A stretch of 64,000 bases of DNA from Veleropilina oligotropha. Its lineage: Eukaryota. The translations under genes and the position numbers were made by a program. Numbering within the stretch: the stretch's first letter is position 1; the number at the start of each line of letters is the position of its first letter. The stretch is taken from NCBI GenBank assembly GCA_048128005.1, contig JBEUKZ010000060.1, positions 186,001 through 250,000 on the forward strand, given 5' to 3'. Shown in pieces: positions 36,600 through 52,387 of this stretch. The notes beneath the pieces are model-generated. The model did no database searches. It was not told where the DNA came from and worked only from the letters and a program-made list of their open reading frames with translations.

Positions 36600-38480
36600 G
36601 AATTATAAAATGATCTCATCATTGCAGGGAATTCCAATATTAATGTAGATGGGCCAGAAAACTAGAAAGCAATGGACTTCGCTTGGAGGAGTCCTTCGAC
36701 CTTACACAACATGTCACATAGGCTACTCATCACGGTGGGCATACTTTATATAGAGTACTTACAAGGTCTTGTGATTCCATAGTCTCAAACACATCTTCAC
36801 TAGATAACTGCCCTTCCGATCATTTTCCAATGCTCTGTGACCTATTGTTGTCCAATCTTTACAATATCTAACAGAATGTCACATACATTGATGTTGGTTC
36901 GTTCGCTCTTGATATCAGTAAACGTTTCTCATCTCTGCCAAATGACACTGTAAAAGATGAAGCCATCGACTATTACAACAGCACCATATTGGATAATCAT
37001 GCACCATTGAAGACCAAAAAAATATCAATACGTTCACAGCCGTCAGCTGTCAGAGAGGCAAAGCAGGAAAGGAGACAAGCAGTGCGACTCTGTCGGAAGA
37101 CGGGTTTGACAGTACACAGGGAAATCTTCATGGAAAAGAGGAATATCGTAAACATGATTATCAACACAGTTAAGGTCGCCTGCTATAAGACATATCTAAC
37201 TGTTGTGTGTTGCTTATTACCTTCTTTGTAAGATCAGAAGAAATTATCATGCCATCTATGATCTAACAAACCTCCAAACAACTTGAGCGACTTTTTCATC
37301 AATAAAATGAATGATATGCAAATAAATACCGTCGACAGCGCAGAGTCTATACCAATAGTGATACCATCTCTCACGTGTTCACTGAATAAACTATCACCTA
37401 TAGTCAATGACAAGCTTCACTAAATTATATCATCAACGACTAACAAGAGCTGCGATCTCGACCTATATGGCACGAGTACCTAGATAAGCTTATGCCAATC
37501 ATCATCAACCTGTCACTTTCTGGAGGAATATTTCCCACCGCTTTCAAATCAGCACTAGTAACGCCTCTGCTAAAGAAAGCATCGCTTGATCCCGACATTT
37601 TGAGTAACTACAGAGCAGTTTCCAACTTGCCTTTTCTATCTATCTAAAGTTCTGGAGAAGGTTGTGCAATATTGCATCTGAACGCCTATCTTCATGGAAA
37701 CAATCTTACAGATCCAATGCAGTCAGCATACAAAAAGCACATCTTAAACGGCTCTTGCACAACAGAGAGCAGTCCTTCTTGACTTATTGGATCTCTTGGC
37801 AGTTATCGAAACAGTGGACCACCAGCTTCTATTTCAATGATGTAGGATCTTGCCAACTACAACTTCGCACTCAATGGATCTTACACACAGGAGCTGAAGT
37901 GTGGTGTCCAACAAGGATCGGTCCTTGGTTCAATCCTTTTTACAATAATATACTCCTTCACTTGACCGCATCCTTCGAGAGCTTGAAACCAGCTATAATT
38001 TATATTCAGATGACACACAACTCTATGCCGTCTTTGAACGGGAGAAAATTGAGGCAACAGTCAAGCATATTTAATCTTGTGTAAACCTGTTGCGTACGTG
38101 GATGTGTAAATAAAAACTCAAAATGACCGACAAGAAAACGGAAATTATCATTTCATCGAAGCAACTGTCAAAATAAATTAACTGTCCAACATAAGAAATT
38201 GGTAATCGCAAAGCGACATGCAGCAATGCAGTCCGAAATATTGGAGTCCGGCGCGCGGCGGCCTCATAGATTCCAATGCCACAATGGATAAGCACAAATT
38301 ATGTGTACAAATCATCCTATTGTCACATGTACAACATCGGAAAATTTAGGAAGTATCTCGACTGAACCTGTCTGGAACATCTAGTTTATGTATTCATCGT
38401 ATCTATGCTTGACTACTGCAATTTCACCTTTAATAACCGGTCTACCATCTACTCGTGTGCAAACACTTCAGCGAATACAA
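36600..38480 (+). pseudogene. Highly decayed L2/CR1-like LINE (endonuclease + RT remnants)
   Basis: THHGGHTL, SDHF, DNHAPLK, LVTPLLKKASLDPDILSNYRAVSNLPFLS, GVQQGSVLG, YSDDTQLY, with many stops and frameshifts. Confidence 0.82.
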
Positions 38481-40953
38481 TGTCGGTTGTCTACGAACAG
38501 GAGTTTCCAAAAATCTGATGGTCCGATATGTTAAGAAAAACAAATCTTTATATTCACATAAAAGGAAAAATCATTAGACATTTTCAAGTCGACCCACACC
38601 TAAAATCTAGGAAAAGAATAAAACAATCATGCAATACTCAAACTCATGGTAGTTCATTCCAATATATAATATAATATTGGTTTTGAATAGTTCACAGTTT
38701 ATTAACTTGAACGGCAATTTTCGAGTTGCTTATACTATGAGATTAGAAAGCTGCAAAAAACTTTGACAGCAATAGGAACGTATAGGCCATCCTTGTATCT
38801 AGTAGAATAAAAAAGAAAAAAATAGGGTTCAATAGTCGAACTACTGGTAATTCATAAATGTACGTAATGGTATTATAATTTGAAATATTGGGTATTGGTT
38901 TACTCGTAAAATTAGCTGAGTTTCTTATTTTATGAGATCAGGGAGGATACGCAAGGCCCCCTCCCCCTCAAAAAAACGTTGAGAAAATTTGGTCAATAAC
39001 CGAACACATTAGAAAGATTTAATTTTGATTAACACTGAAAAGTAACATAAGTTTCGATGTGTTCCGGATGAAGTCTGGGTAGGAGCATAATAATATTATC
39101 TCAATCGACAATGATCAGCTATATATGGCGCAGCTTAATAAAAGCAGTCGACACCGCATTACTTAACAAATATACAGACATATCTGGTTAATTACAAACG
39201 TTCCTACCATTCATTAATGATTTATAAATCTTATTGAATATGCAAACTCCATGTATTAGTCGGAGCTACATTATCTTGCGTCTATGTTTTAGTGGAACCT
39301 TTCTTTTCATTACATATCCGTTGTTGTTTCTTGAAAACTGCTCAAACTTTTGAGAACATTATTGTAAACTAAGTTGCTATTCGTACAAAAGATAAAAGAA
39401 TAAAATTGAAAAAATAAGTTGAAACTCTCGTGATTTAATTGATGGAATCGAGATTCATTACAAAGCAAGACATGTATATGACTTACAAAACGATTACTAA
39501 AAGATATGCTTAAATGTCCCCTTTAACAAATGCTAGATTCATACATATAGGCCTATATTCCATATATTATCGCGGAAGGAAAACGGTCGCTCTGCAAAAA
39601 CGCCATCATCGACCATTTATGGACAGCTATGATCGATAAATAACTCAACAAAGAATACCACGTCAAAGATTGGAACTATCCTCTGTTTGAAAGAGCAGTA
39701 ATTCACAGTCCGCACTCAGCTACGAAGGTGCAGAAGGTTGTAAGAAAGACGTATAACATGGAATCCAAAGACACAAATGTTCACAATAATTATAAAGAAA
39801 ATGAGAAGACGTGTAAAAAGGAAACTTGCACATAAAAGAAAATGTAGCAAAACCATCAAGGAAAACGATAGGTCACAGCTGGAGATGTTCCTGTCCCCTG
39901 AAGAAATAAAGTACGAAAGTTAATATCGGAGAAATCAGAATACAGAATTCTCAGTATCATGAAATGGATAATTTACATCTGTGTATACATATGGTGATAG
40001 CTAGGCAACCTTCCGAAAGATGTTAATGCTCTAATATGACAGTATCTTAATTACATTTGTGAATTCTGAAATTCTTATAGGATGTATTGCAACATAGGAA
40101 ATAGATGAAACAGGCGGGTTGATACTATCTAGCTTGATTTTCAAAGGCATTTTCTTAGTTCTGAAGAAAAAACTTTCAATATTGTCGTGGATTGATATGT
40201 AATTACCAAAAACATACTTATGTCACAAGAATTGATAACTTGAAGAAACGAACTGCATTTTAAATGTATTTGCAAGCATGATTATCATCAAGTCGTTGAC
40301 TATCAACACTGTCATCTTGCTGCAGACAGACCTGCATAGAGACCGGAGGTCGTAGTAAATTCTCAAAATATTTGATAGGAAAAAACATACCATTCTTGTA
40401 AGAACTGCCTACTTGAATACACCAACTGCGTTTTGAGACACATTGCTTGCTTCCGATTGGCATGCATAAAGACATTTGATGCAGAGGGGACTCTCGGCCA
40501 AAAAATCGAGGTCAAATAATATCACAGACAGGATTCAATATTTTGCTGAGGATAATGCTGAAATCCCCCAGCATCCGATTCTATAACCACAGCACACTGT
40601 TCTCTGCCAGACAGCCAACGGTGAAACTTGATTGGTTCTGGTCTAGTCCCCCGGATTGAATGAACTGCTAACATAATGTGGTAGACATCCTATATGCATT
40701 TCTTTACAGTAATTGTCTTGCCAATCATTAGACCACTGAACCAGATTAAAAAAAGCAGTTGGATTTTCTTCGCATATTCTCTTATTCTGTAGGCCTACAA
40801 TTTGATGCCCTCTGCGAACATTGTATACCACCGTTGTTAATATATTTTAAGCATATTTGAAACAACAATGAACCAAAAAACTGTACCTTGTTGGACACCA
40901 TACAGTGCAGCCTTTCAATTCACCTTGACCTCAAAACAAAAAATTCAAATCGT

Positions 40954-41490
40954 ACGTAAACCATTTTAAAACGTCTTGATAATGATTAGACAGAACGTAA
41001 ACCATTATAAAACGTCTTGATAATTATTAGACAGAACGTGAACCATTATAAGACGTCTTGATAATTATTAGACAAAACGTAAACCATTATAAAACGTCTT
41101 GATAATGATTAGACAGAACGTAAACCATCATAAAACATCTTGATAATGATTAGACAGAATGTAAACCATCGCAAAACGTCTTGATAATTATTAGACAGAA
41201 CGTAAACCATCATAAAACGTCTTGATAATGATTATACAGACCGTAAACCATCATAAAACGTATTGATAATGATTAGACATAATGTAGACCATCATAAAAC
41301 GTTGATAATGATTAGACAGAACGTAAACCATTATAAAACGTCTTGATAATGATTAGACAGAACGTACCATAAAAAACCGTCGTGATAATGATTAGACAGA
41401 ACGTTAACCATTATAAAACGTCTTGGTAATGATTAGACAGAACGTAAACCATAAAAAAAACGTCTTGATATTAAATGATTAGACAGAACG
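40954..41490. repeat. 41-bp minisatellite, about 13 copies
   Basis: Unit gataatgattagacagaacgtaaaccattataaaacgtctt. Confidence 0.92.
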
Positions 41491-44400
41491 TGGAATGTGG
41501 TGTGCAAATATGGAAATCCCAACTTGTAAAATATATCTGCGTGTCGTTGTGCCAGTGGGTAGATCACGGGACTCTGATTGCAGAGTTTCGCGTTCCTTTT
41601 ATTTCCCAGTCTCGGCGATTTCACTTGGGCAAGAAAATAATCATATTTTGTCTCGATTTAATTAATGTAATGCTCCCTGAGGGACATGCCCATAACCAGG
41701 ATAATAATGTCAATTAAGCGCATTTAAACGGCTGAGTATAAATCCACTATATAAGAAGGGGATATTATTTTGACGACAGACTGAAAATACTTGGCGTCAC
41801 AACATTGATTTTGAGAGGAATACACGATGACATGAGTAGGTTCGTTCTTCTAATATATGTTAGTGGAAGAATGGCATAACAAGTAAAGTATAATGGAATC
41901 GACAACAGTAAAGCAATTTTAAAATCGCATATATTAACACTATCATAGGCAATCAGATTGTAGCCAAAAAGTTTATATTTTATTATATGAGTTACAGAAG
42001 GTACTTCCAATTTAAAAGTAAAAGCATTGACTGCAATGAACCCATCCTCCTTCGAATAATACAAAATCGCTCATAGACCCTCTTCATCAGCATCAGCGTG
42101 GACGTTACAAGAATCTGTTTTTGCTCCTCTGTCCAAATGATACTTTGAAAAGACCGTCGTTCGCATTTATTTATTGGTGACCGTTACTTCAATAAATGAC
42201 TCTGACCGTCTGAATTTCCGACCGTCGTAATAGATCAAAATCTGTTCATACCTTACGCAACTGTGTTGTGATTTTTAAGGTGTTCAGATTCAGTTTCCGT
42301 TATGTTCATTCAAATCATTCGACAGAATCTAGCTTTCATATGAAAATAACTTCATTTAGAAAAGGAATGCATATCTCATCTTGCAAATCAGCTATGATAT
42401 CTTTCACAGATTCTTGAAATGTTCCTGGAGCCCAGAAAGACCTAAAAGAGCCCAGGTCCATTCGTACAGACCCCACTGAGTGATACATGCTCTCAATGCC
42501 CTGTGCCGACCCTATAGTTTAACAAATCATTGATGACATACTTTGCCTTATTATAATGTAGTCAAAACAACCATTACTACCTAAGCTGTTCCATAAATCA
42601 TATATTCTCGCAAAAGCTGGACGTATCCTGTGTTTTCGGAATAAGTCCATCAACCACGTATTATCGAAATTGGTTGATTGGTTATTAAATGCACCATGAT
42701 CAATGCTACGTCTAAGAGTAAAATCCTTTGTTGTTAAGTTGTTAAGTCTTATTTTGTTGGTACTTGATTGTATTCCAAGAGAAAGTTAACAAGCACGTGC
42801 AATTGTATATACATTGTACCATGCCTGGCATGGTATCGCCATGGAAGATAAATCCTGAAACACAGGGTTGCGCCTACCCAATTGCAGTTTAGGTTTGCTA
42901 TAATTTTATTCCGATTTTGAGATATTTCACGTTTGATAATTTAATTCACTCCGATTTTAAGGAAATTAACGCTTGATATTTATAGTCCAGTCAATATAAT
43001 CGGTTTAACATCAAACTAATTGGAAAAGAATTTGTTCATACCAATTTCATATTGGACTAACATACTAAACAACGTACTAAAAATCTTAAGAAATTTATAA
43101 AGGGGAACATTAAATATTTGACCACTAAACATTTCAATTTTCCCGTATTTTTAGTTGTCACTTATGGGCCACCGTACGAGGAGAAATCCGCTGGTCACTT
43201 GGGCATGAATTTTCATTAAAGATAATCGTCGTGACATGATTCTGTGTTTATAAAAACGTACCTACCCATTTAAATTGTTTATAAATTGGGTTATATAATA
43301 CCAGTATACCAACGATAATGACTTGGCAGTATAATAATATAAATTCTTGAGGTCGGTGTCAACTTTGCCGCAGTGAATCTCGATCGTTGTTGTTACGACA
43401 ACTTGTATCCCCAATATACGCTAATTCAGAGGGGGTCCATGGGGGTCGGACCCCCCCCCTTGATGGACCAAGTGCCCTTTTGCCTTGGCCATTAACAAAC
43501 TCAATGTGTTAGATTGTGACAAAAATGAAAATTACCCATACATTTTAGTGAAAATGGTTCATAAATGTTGGTAAGAAATCTCGCTTTTGCCCTGTCCGAG
43601 TGCAGGAGAGGAGGTTTCAGGCTGTTGATTGTCAAAATTTTCTTTCGCGTGGGGCCCCGCCCCCACGAGAACAGTTGATAGTATATTTTATGAAAGTTGG
43701 ACCCCCTTTAGCAAAATCCTGCATCCGCCCCTGTTAATTATAAAGAATACATTGAACTTTGGAAACTTTAGTGATAATTAATGTAAATTAAGTGGATGAT
43801 CTAATGTTCGCTCATTTTAATACAATTTTATTGGTCAGAATGGGATACGGAATTCCGAAACAAATAAAACAAACTCTTTTCCAAATGCATTGCTGACAGT
43901 CAAAAAGTATGGAAGCACGCCAATATCGTGGCTAAAAATAGTACCGCGCTGTACGATTGACGTAGTAGGGGCCTACATATTATAATTTCAATGAAACATT
44001 CCTCAATTTTCTTAGATTCTAACATAACGACGACATTTTACAACAAATCGTATATAAAATTGATAATATAAAATAAATTACCAAAAACAAATACAAAATA
44101 TATGACAAATTTTATAATTATTATATACTGATCTATTTTGCCTATGAATTATTTATTATGTAATATATAATACACTGCAATCCTAGCAATTATGTGGATA
44201 TCGCGCGATTTTATATTGTAAATGACAATGCGTAATCTCTTAAAACACATGGGATAGTCGATATAATGCCCCACGTACTGTTATCATAATGTACATGGGC
44301 ACGTCCATGCAAATGAATCCGTCACCTTGTTAAGTTCTTTGCGTAAGGCAGTCACTAGTCGCGACCCGAGTTATTCCAATTGTTTGTGATATAACCTGGA

Positions 44401-46720
44401 ATAAAGGAGCGACAGGCCCTAGGAGTTCTATTGTTCAGATATCAAACAAGAACATATATCTCTGCGTACGGTACTTGTGAAACCTATTGTGAAAATTGAA
44501 TCTATTAGTCAAACAATTATTTAAAGGAATTCGACCACGAATGATGTCACACATCTCCAGATAGGAATTGGGGTCCACTTATTGCACCTTTATTTTGGTT
44601 CGAAATTTCTAATTAACACGCTTAATGGTCTCGGATTTTACTCATCCTTTTCGTGACGAAGATTTTAAATTATTTGAAGCCAATGCATCTACATCTCGAG
44701 CTACAGAAATTGCTGATGTCGATGCTGGTATATTTGTTCAATTATAGTTGATAGCGTAGACCACAACCTTAGAACCTTGGATGGACGCAGTACGTTTGAC
44801 GGAATGGAAATTATTGGTGAGGAAGAAGCGAGCTATATCAGTCTCACGAACTTCTGTCGAAACAGATGATCTCTTCTCTGTAGGAAAGATTGTTTTTCAT
44901 TTCTTTAAAACAATAATTATTATTGGCAATACATTCCCAGACGTGATGTATAAAAAACCTACTAATTACGAACGCCGACATAATGTCAAATATTATTGTA
45001 CCTATCATATATTAAAACCAGGATATTTAGGAATGATGGAGATGTTTAAACGAGGCAAATACCCTGATCTGTCTTCAGTTTCAATCTTGATCGATAAGAT
45101 TCTCAGTTTGTCGTTTAACCAAATAATATGACACAAACTCCAGTAATCACGTTTTACCAAATTGTCCAAACCTGATTTTCGGTCATTTTTGCAAAATTGC
45201 AATATATTTTCTTGGTATTTATAACAGATAAATACACTGACACCTATAGCAGCTCAGGGGCGGATTCAGGATTTTGAAAAGGGGGTCCAACTTTCCTCCA
45301 ATATACTATCAAATGTTCGCGCGGTTGACAATCAACAGCCTGAAACCTCCTTTCCTGCACTCTGACAGTGCAAAAGCGATATTTCTTACCAAAAATTATG
45401 AATCACATTCACTAAAATGTATGAGTAATTTTTTCCTTTTTGCACAATTTAACATTTCTGCTTTCAAACGTGGGGTCCAAACCGCCTGTATCCACAGAAA
45501 AGTCAAAAGAAACGGTGTGAAACTCGATCTCCTCCTCCATTTTGTTCACTAAAATGTGTGTAGGAATTTTTCGTTTTTTCACAATCAAAGACAAGCATTT
45601 TTTCATTTTATAGAAGAGGGGGAGGCCGAACCGCCTAGACCCCCAGAAAATTTTGATAATTAACAATGTGAAACCCCCTCTCCTGCATTCTGCCAGGACA
45701 AACGTGATATTTCTTACAAACATTTATTAACCCTTTTCAATAAAATGCATGAGTAAATATTTCGCAATGAAACACATGCATTTCCCATTTGCAAAAGGAG
45801 GTGCCGGACCCTCTGATTCTCAGAAAAATTTGACAATTAACGGTGTGAAATCCCCTCACATGCATTCTGACAGTACAAAACCGTTTTCACTAAAATGTGT
45901 AAGTATTTTTTTCGTTTTTTGTTTCATTCAAACATATGCAGTTTTTATTTTCAAAAGGGGGTCCGCTAGTGTAGCTGATATATACTTAACGCCCCTCATT
46001 ACGGTTCGGCTCCTTATTCGTGATATCAGCTCACGTCTGAGTGTATTATATAATACATAAATACAATCTTCATCTATATAATGAATAAGAAACCAATATG
46101 CAACAGGGGTCCATAACATGCTTTTTGTGATATTAAATTATCTACCTTTGTGATTTGGGAGGATACCGGCCTAGCTATACTCTTTCTTCCTTGATTATAT
46201 ACTGATCCAAAATCTCATGGCATAATATGCATGTATGTATCATATACATTTATAATCTCTCCATGAAAAATGACTACACATTATTAATATACTATTAACA
46301 GTAAATGCATGAATTATGGCGCGTATATGATAATTGACTAATTTGTTAGGTTTTCTTGTCGTACTGAGTAAATACTTCTGTTTACAAACACCCCATAAAG
46401 TAATGAAGCATATTTTAAAACGAATTCAGTGTAAAGACCATGCCATTAACTGACTGCTGATATCAAAATATAGGATAACTATTACGATATTGTCATATGT
46501 TTAACTATCATTTTCTATCACATTTCCAACGATTTAAGACAAAATTACAATAAATGACGGTATCTTCGGACTCAATTTTAAAAATGTTCCCCTAAAAAGA
46601 TTTCTTAAGACTTTTGATATGTCATCCTTATTGGTTTCGTCTATAGAAAAAACAAGAAATAAATTATATTGCAATTAATTTGATGTTTGGGCTATTTTCA
46701 CTGTATATTGACTGGACTAT

Positions 46721-47633
46721 CAGGGGCGGATCCAGGATTTTAGAAAAGGGGGGGTCCACGGGGCCCCACGCGGAAGAAATTTTTTACAACTAACTGTGTT
46801 AAACCCCCTCTCCTGCATTCTAAGAGTGCAAACTCTATATTTCTACCAACATTTATCAACCATTTTCACCAAGTTTAATGAGAAAATTTTCGTATTGGTA
46901 AAATATGGTACTATCAATTATTGTCGGGATGGGAACGGGGCGGTGCATAGTCGGATCCAGTATTCTGGAAAGGGGGTCCAACTTTTATATTATACCATCA
47001 ATGCTCCCATCATAAGAGAAGGAACATGTTGACGATTAGTTGCGGGAAATCCCGTCCTGCACTCTGAGAGTACAAATTCCGTATTGCCCCCACGCGTAAC
47101 GTTCATAATATAGCGAGATTCAGAATAGACTTAATACATTCGCACCCCCCCCCCCCCCCACACACACACACACACACACACCCCTCCCCGTCAGGAAACC
47201 TGCCTACGCCGTACGGGCCTGTATACATATTAACATTGGCATAGTAAGTAATTTGAAAATGGGTCGGGGGGGGCATATCTACTTATCTACTATCCACTGT
47301 CCGCGTGGGGGTGGAGCCACACGCGGAGGAAAATTTTAATATTTAAAGACGTGAAACGGCTTCTCCTGCATTCTAAGGTGAAAATATCATGTTTTAGAGC
47401 AATATTTTCTGCAACTTTCCCAAGGAGCTGCCGAAAATGAAAGCAAACTTAGGGCTGGCCTATTCGCAGAAAAGCTCAAGGCGAGCGTAGCGAGCCAGCA
47501 AATTTTAGATATTGATACACTAGGAATGGTGCATTTGCAGCGTTGCTTTTAATGATACAACAGTGTATATATTTTGGGGGTCTGAAAAAAGGGGGGGTCC
47601 GGACCCCAGGACCCCCCCCTGGATCCGCCTATG
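46721..47633. mobile_element. GC-ended MITE (CAGGGGCGGATCCAG family); related decayed copies at ~43427-43733 and ~45255-45970
   Basis: caggggcggatccagg / cctggatccgcctatg ends; actat on both flanks. Confidence 0.65.
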
Positions 47634-49422
47634 ACTATTAGTGTTAACAAGACAACAAGGCTAAGGTTGTCTGATGTGATAAATTGGGCATATAATTATT
47701 ATTGGTATGCACTACTTTGGTATGTCATGCCAAGAAATGGACAGACCATAATTGAACGTCAATCATACTGTTATCAGTCGTTTGATAACATGCTCAAACT
47801 CGATCAGGATGTCAATGATGGCCTATGTCTAGGTATTGTACACCACGGGAATTGATACTCGTGAATGCAGGATTTTGGACGCTTTTACAATGACCAATAG
47901 CATAGTAATACGGCACCAGTGGAGACGTACAATAGAATGTCCATGTATACTTCTAGAATAAGGCGAAACGCACGCGGGATGAAAGCCCGAAGGCGTCCAG
48001 TGTTAAATATGAGCAGCAGGGGGGGTGAATGCACTTTTTAGAATGGAAAAATAAGGCTCCCAGCACTATTTCAGAACTGAGCTGGTAGTACTGGGGGGAC
48101 TAGGAAGTTAGGGTGGGGTCCGGTGGCCCGGGGGTGGGGGCTCCCAGCCCTATTTCAGAACCCAGGGTATAGCGTGTATTACAAAAATGAGGTTTTAATT
48201 TAAACCTAATATTAGTATAAAACATACTTACGTCCTTACTCTTGCCACAATAGTAATATTATTGCTAACCGGAAACAGTGAATAAGTCACATTATGCACT
48301 ATTAATAAGTCAAAGACGCAAAAACGTACCACGGTTACCTCCCCTGCTCCCCCTCCCCCACGTTCCCCCGCGAGATCTCGCCAAGTCTCGCGAGACTTCT
48401 GAACCATAGAAGTCACATGACATCAATTCAAAGTTCAAAAACCACAAAGGAACGTAGTAGAGGGGAGGAATGCGAAACGCAGGGTGGGTAATCGTGGTAA
48501 GGACGTAAGTATGTTTTATACTAATATTAGGTTTAAATTAAAACCTCATATGTAGTTACAAACATACTTACGTCCTTACTCTTGCCAGAATAACCTTGGA
48601 TAGGTGGGTAAGACGTTCCTTACAACAAACCCAAACAAGATAATGACTTACTTGTCACCAATTCAATCAGCATGAAGCGTCGATTGTGTCCGCCTAGAGT
48701 GGAATTTTACTGAGTATTATATTCTACTCTTACCAAGCGAGAATTTCGACCAGTGTTACCGGGAGAATACGCCGTGGTATTAGTCGGACGAGGTGAACGG
48801 AAGTGCAATCAGCCCCAGGCACGGCCGGAAGGATAAATCCCTGTAGGTCTTACGTGTCATGGACCAGTGGCAGCCAAATGGGACTCCGGGCCTATAGGCC
48901 GGTAGCCAGAGGATGCAGTCGGATTTGTAAGCACACGGAACCTAACAGGTTGTGAAAGCTTTAAATCAAAAGCAAAGAATTAATAGATTATTATAAATAA
49001 TCGATATTAATAAGTAATTCGCATGACCAACTTGCGAACGCTAACATGGACGACATGTCACTTAAAATAAATTTTAAGGAAGCAAAAATGTTCGACATGT
49101 TACTTAAAAATAAATGTTAAGGAATCAACATTTTTTAATGTATTGAACATCGTATGTTCGATTACAGCAAAGAACATAATAATATTGAACCTCAATCTTT
49201 TTTAAGATTTGTGCAAAATTATAAAAGTTGTTTTATTAAATTCAATGTAATCTGGCTGTCAACACTCAGGTCTGACATGAAAAGTACAAAATCTTAAATT
49301 AGATTTAAGAAATGAACAGACATTGAACTGCCTCATAGGTGTTAATTTCATAGCACCGTTTGGCCAACAAAAATAAAATGGCGTCAGTAAATATGCAAAT
49401 GATCAATCAGAGAAGACAATAC

Positions 49423-52342
49423 TTACTGGTTAGATGACCTCGGTCTAACAATAACTCTTTGTGCAGCAACACACTGTAAACTGCTCAAGCAATCAGCCCC
49501 TGTTGAGTAGTCCCGCCGATAATGGTTAACAAACACATTAGCGTGTTTCCAATAACCTGCTTGAAGTAACGCAGTGATATTCAAACTATGTCGGAAGGCA
49601 CAGATGCAGCAATAGCCCGGACCTCGTGAGCGCGGACCGATAAAATAGTGCGGTCTTCGTTGTCACAGCAGATGTATACATCACTGTCTGTGAAATCCAC
49701 CGCGAAACAGTAGTCCTCGTAATGTCGCAGGTGTAGGTGGGCAAATATGATATGAATAAACGTAATTTTCCCTGCCGCAAATCACGGGTCTGTCTAGGTA
49801 GAACCGAAGCGCCCGGACCGGGCAATTGAAGCGGTCTGTGTCGCGCCTTCCGACTAGCGTTAGCTTGGGGATAACAACATCGGGTGCGTCCTCGTTCGGC
49901 CGTTGGTTCTTGGCTAGGAAGCCCAGAATAGGACGCCGTATCACCGACCCGTCTGACTGGAATCGTATATCTCTTAGCTCGGAGGAGAAAGCATGAATCT
50001 AGGAACAACGCCTGCCCGACGCTAAGGCGATCAGAAAAACCGTTTGTGCGTCAAGTTCCTCATGGTTGTCTCGGACATCGCTCATACGGGGGTAAGAGTA
50101 ATGCGTTAAGAAAAAGCACGATATTCCAAGCAGGTGGCTTGATTTTCCGGGTCGGTATCTCGAGTTCGTAAGATCGTATAAAATCTGATATCGTTCGGTC
50201 GCTTGATAGGCCGGCATGGGCACGACACTGTTTTAACGTGGTCGCGATCGTTGCCCGATAGCCTTTGATGGCGGACACTGACATACCGCGGTCGAAGAGC
50301 GACGATAAAAACTCGATAAACTTGTTCACAGGGGAACGGAGTATATTGATCTGCCTGCTGTGACACCAATCCACGTACTTAACCCATCGGTAGTCATAGA
50401 CTTTTGTCGTGGAAATCCTTCTCGATCGATAGATACGTAAGGCTGTAGCTTTAGAAAAACCTTTCTTAGCAAGGGATCGTTCGATAACCGCCAGGCGTGT
50501 AAACGTAAGTGGTTCGGCGACTAGTGGAGTACACGGGTGCGTGGCTGCATTAACAGGTCTAGTTTCTGCGGTAACGCTAACGGTCGATCGACGATCAGAT
50601 CGAGTAGGGTCGGAAACCAAGGTTGCGTGCGATAGAGGGGCGCTATTAGCGTTATCTCGCAACGTTCGGTCGCTGCCTTCTGTAATACCAGTGATAGAAT
50701 GCACGTCGGGGGGAAGGCATACGCGGACAGATTCTCCCATGTCATTGACAGTGCGTCGACCGCTAGGGCGGCCGGGTCTGGGTACGGGGAGACATACAGA
50801 GGTAGTCGGTAATTGAATTCTGTTGCAAACAAATCGACTTGGGGTTGTAACCACCGGCGACAAACGTCCCGAGCTACTCGGCTGTGTAGCGTCCACTCTG
50901 TGTGTATTATCTGTGATTTCCGAGAGAGCGAATCCGCTCTGACATTCAGCTTTCCCGGGATGTGTCGGGCTCGAATCGTCGAGTTGAGGGACATCACTAA
51001 GCGGTGTAGGTCTAATGCTCGGTCGCAAAGGGGACGCGAGCGAGTGCCGCCCTGGTGCTGTATGTAAGCGACGACAGTCTGTGTCCGTGGCGAGCATTAT
51101 GTGCTTGTTGCGGAGATGTAACGAGAGGGACCGTACTGACAGGTAGACGGCTCTAACTCTAGGAAGTTGATATGTCGTCCCTGAAGGTCTGTCGGCCATA
51201 GGCCTGATGTCTCGTAGCTGTCGAGGTGACCACCCCAGCCGTCGTTCGAAGCGTCTGTGAACAGGTAAGCGTTCGGCTCTGGTGGGGATATAGGAACCGA
51301 CTGGTCCGGCAAAGCGGGGTTCAACCACACTGCTGTCGTGTCGGTAACCCAATGCCGTAGATCGATGCGATCCGTCCACTGCCCCGTCCGTTGTATCCAG
51401 GGATCCCTGAATGCCTGTTGTAACGGTCTTTTGTCCATGCGACCCGTCGGTAGCAGGGGCGCTACCGACTCGATGTGCCCCAGGACAGTGGCCAGTTGTC
51501 GCGCCGTAGTTATGTCCGATGACAGGGTGTCTCGGATAACCGCGCGTAGGTTCCGCATACGCTTCTGGGTCGGCTTCGCGGTGTACCGGACCGTATCGAA
51601 GTCGACTCCGAGGAACGTAAACGTCGTCGAGGGTACGAAGCAGGATTTTGTCTCGTTGATCTGAAATCCCAGGCGCTTCGTTGATGACAGGGTAAAGCTC
51701 GTAGACCGGAGGCACAGATCTCGGGACGCCCCGAGGATCAGCCAGTCGTCGAGGTATATATGTACCCTGAGCCCTAGAGAGTGTAGGAAGGCCCTAAGGG
51801 CCTGTACTGTTCTCGTGAAGACGTACGGGGCTGACGATAGACCGAACGGTAGGCACCTGAATGGTAGATCGTCTCCCCGTGTGTAAACCGAAGGTACTGA
51901 TGAGCCGTGATATGCATCGGGACATGCAGATACGCGTCGGTCAGATCGATAGACGCTGCCCAGTCGCCCGGATGGATGGCCGCTCGTATCTTCGAGAGGG
52001 ATTCTTGCTGGAATTTCTCGGTACGAAGATATAGTTTACGAGAGACCGAAGATCGGTCGCTAGCGGCCATCGGGATTCGGGACCAGGAAGAAATGGCTGT
52101 AAAATCCTGGTGTGCTGGGCGGCGCGGGATATATCGCTCTTTTTAGGAGCAAATCCCGCACTGCCTGGTCTAAGACCGCTCGCTTCTCTCCGATTAGGAG
52201 GCGAGCGTATCTTGGTGGTGGTGCCTCGTTTAGGGTCGGATGCCGGTTGAACCAACTGTATCCGGCACTCACGACGGAGGGACCCAGCTACTGTCTGGTA
52301 GTCTAGCCATGGCTGGCTGTACGCTAACAGATACGCTTCCAC
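49423..52342 (-). pseudogene. Outer DIRS RT-RNase H-methyltransferase and tyrosine recombinase, frameshifted
   Basis: ORF fragments are nearly identical to 56507-59464 but broken by indels and stops (e.g. RRCS* at 49999). Confidence 0.9.
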
Positions 52343-52387
52343 CGGCGGAAGCGGGTAGCTGGGACTGTCGTGTGTGTGCCGGCAGCC

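Noticed and set aside
39700..40830. Minus-strand gene suggested by splice-like sites (~39898, 40217, 40391) and Cys/Trp-containing peptides
   Set aside because: Every frame has stops, the phases do not chain, and no family was recognisable.
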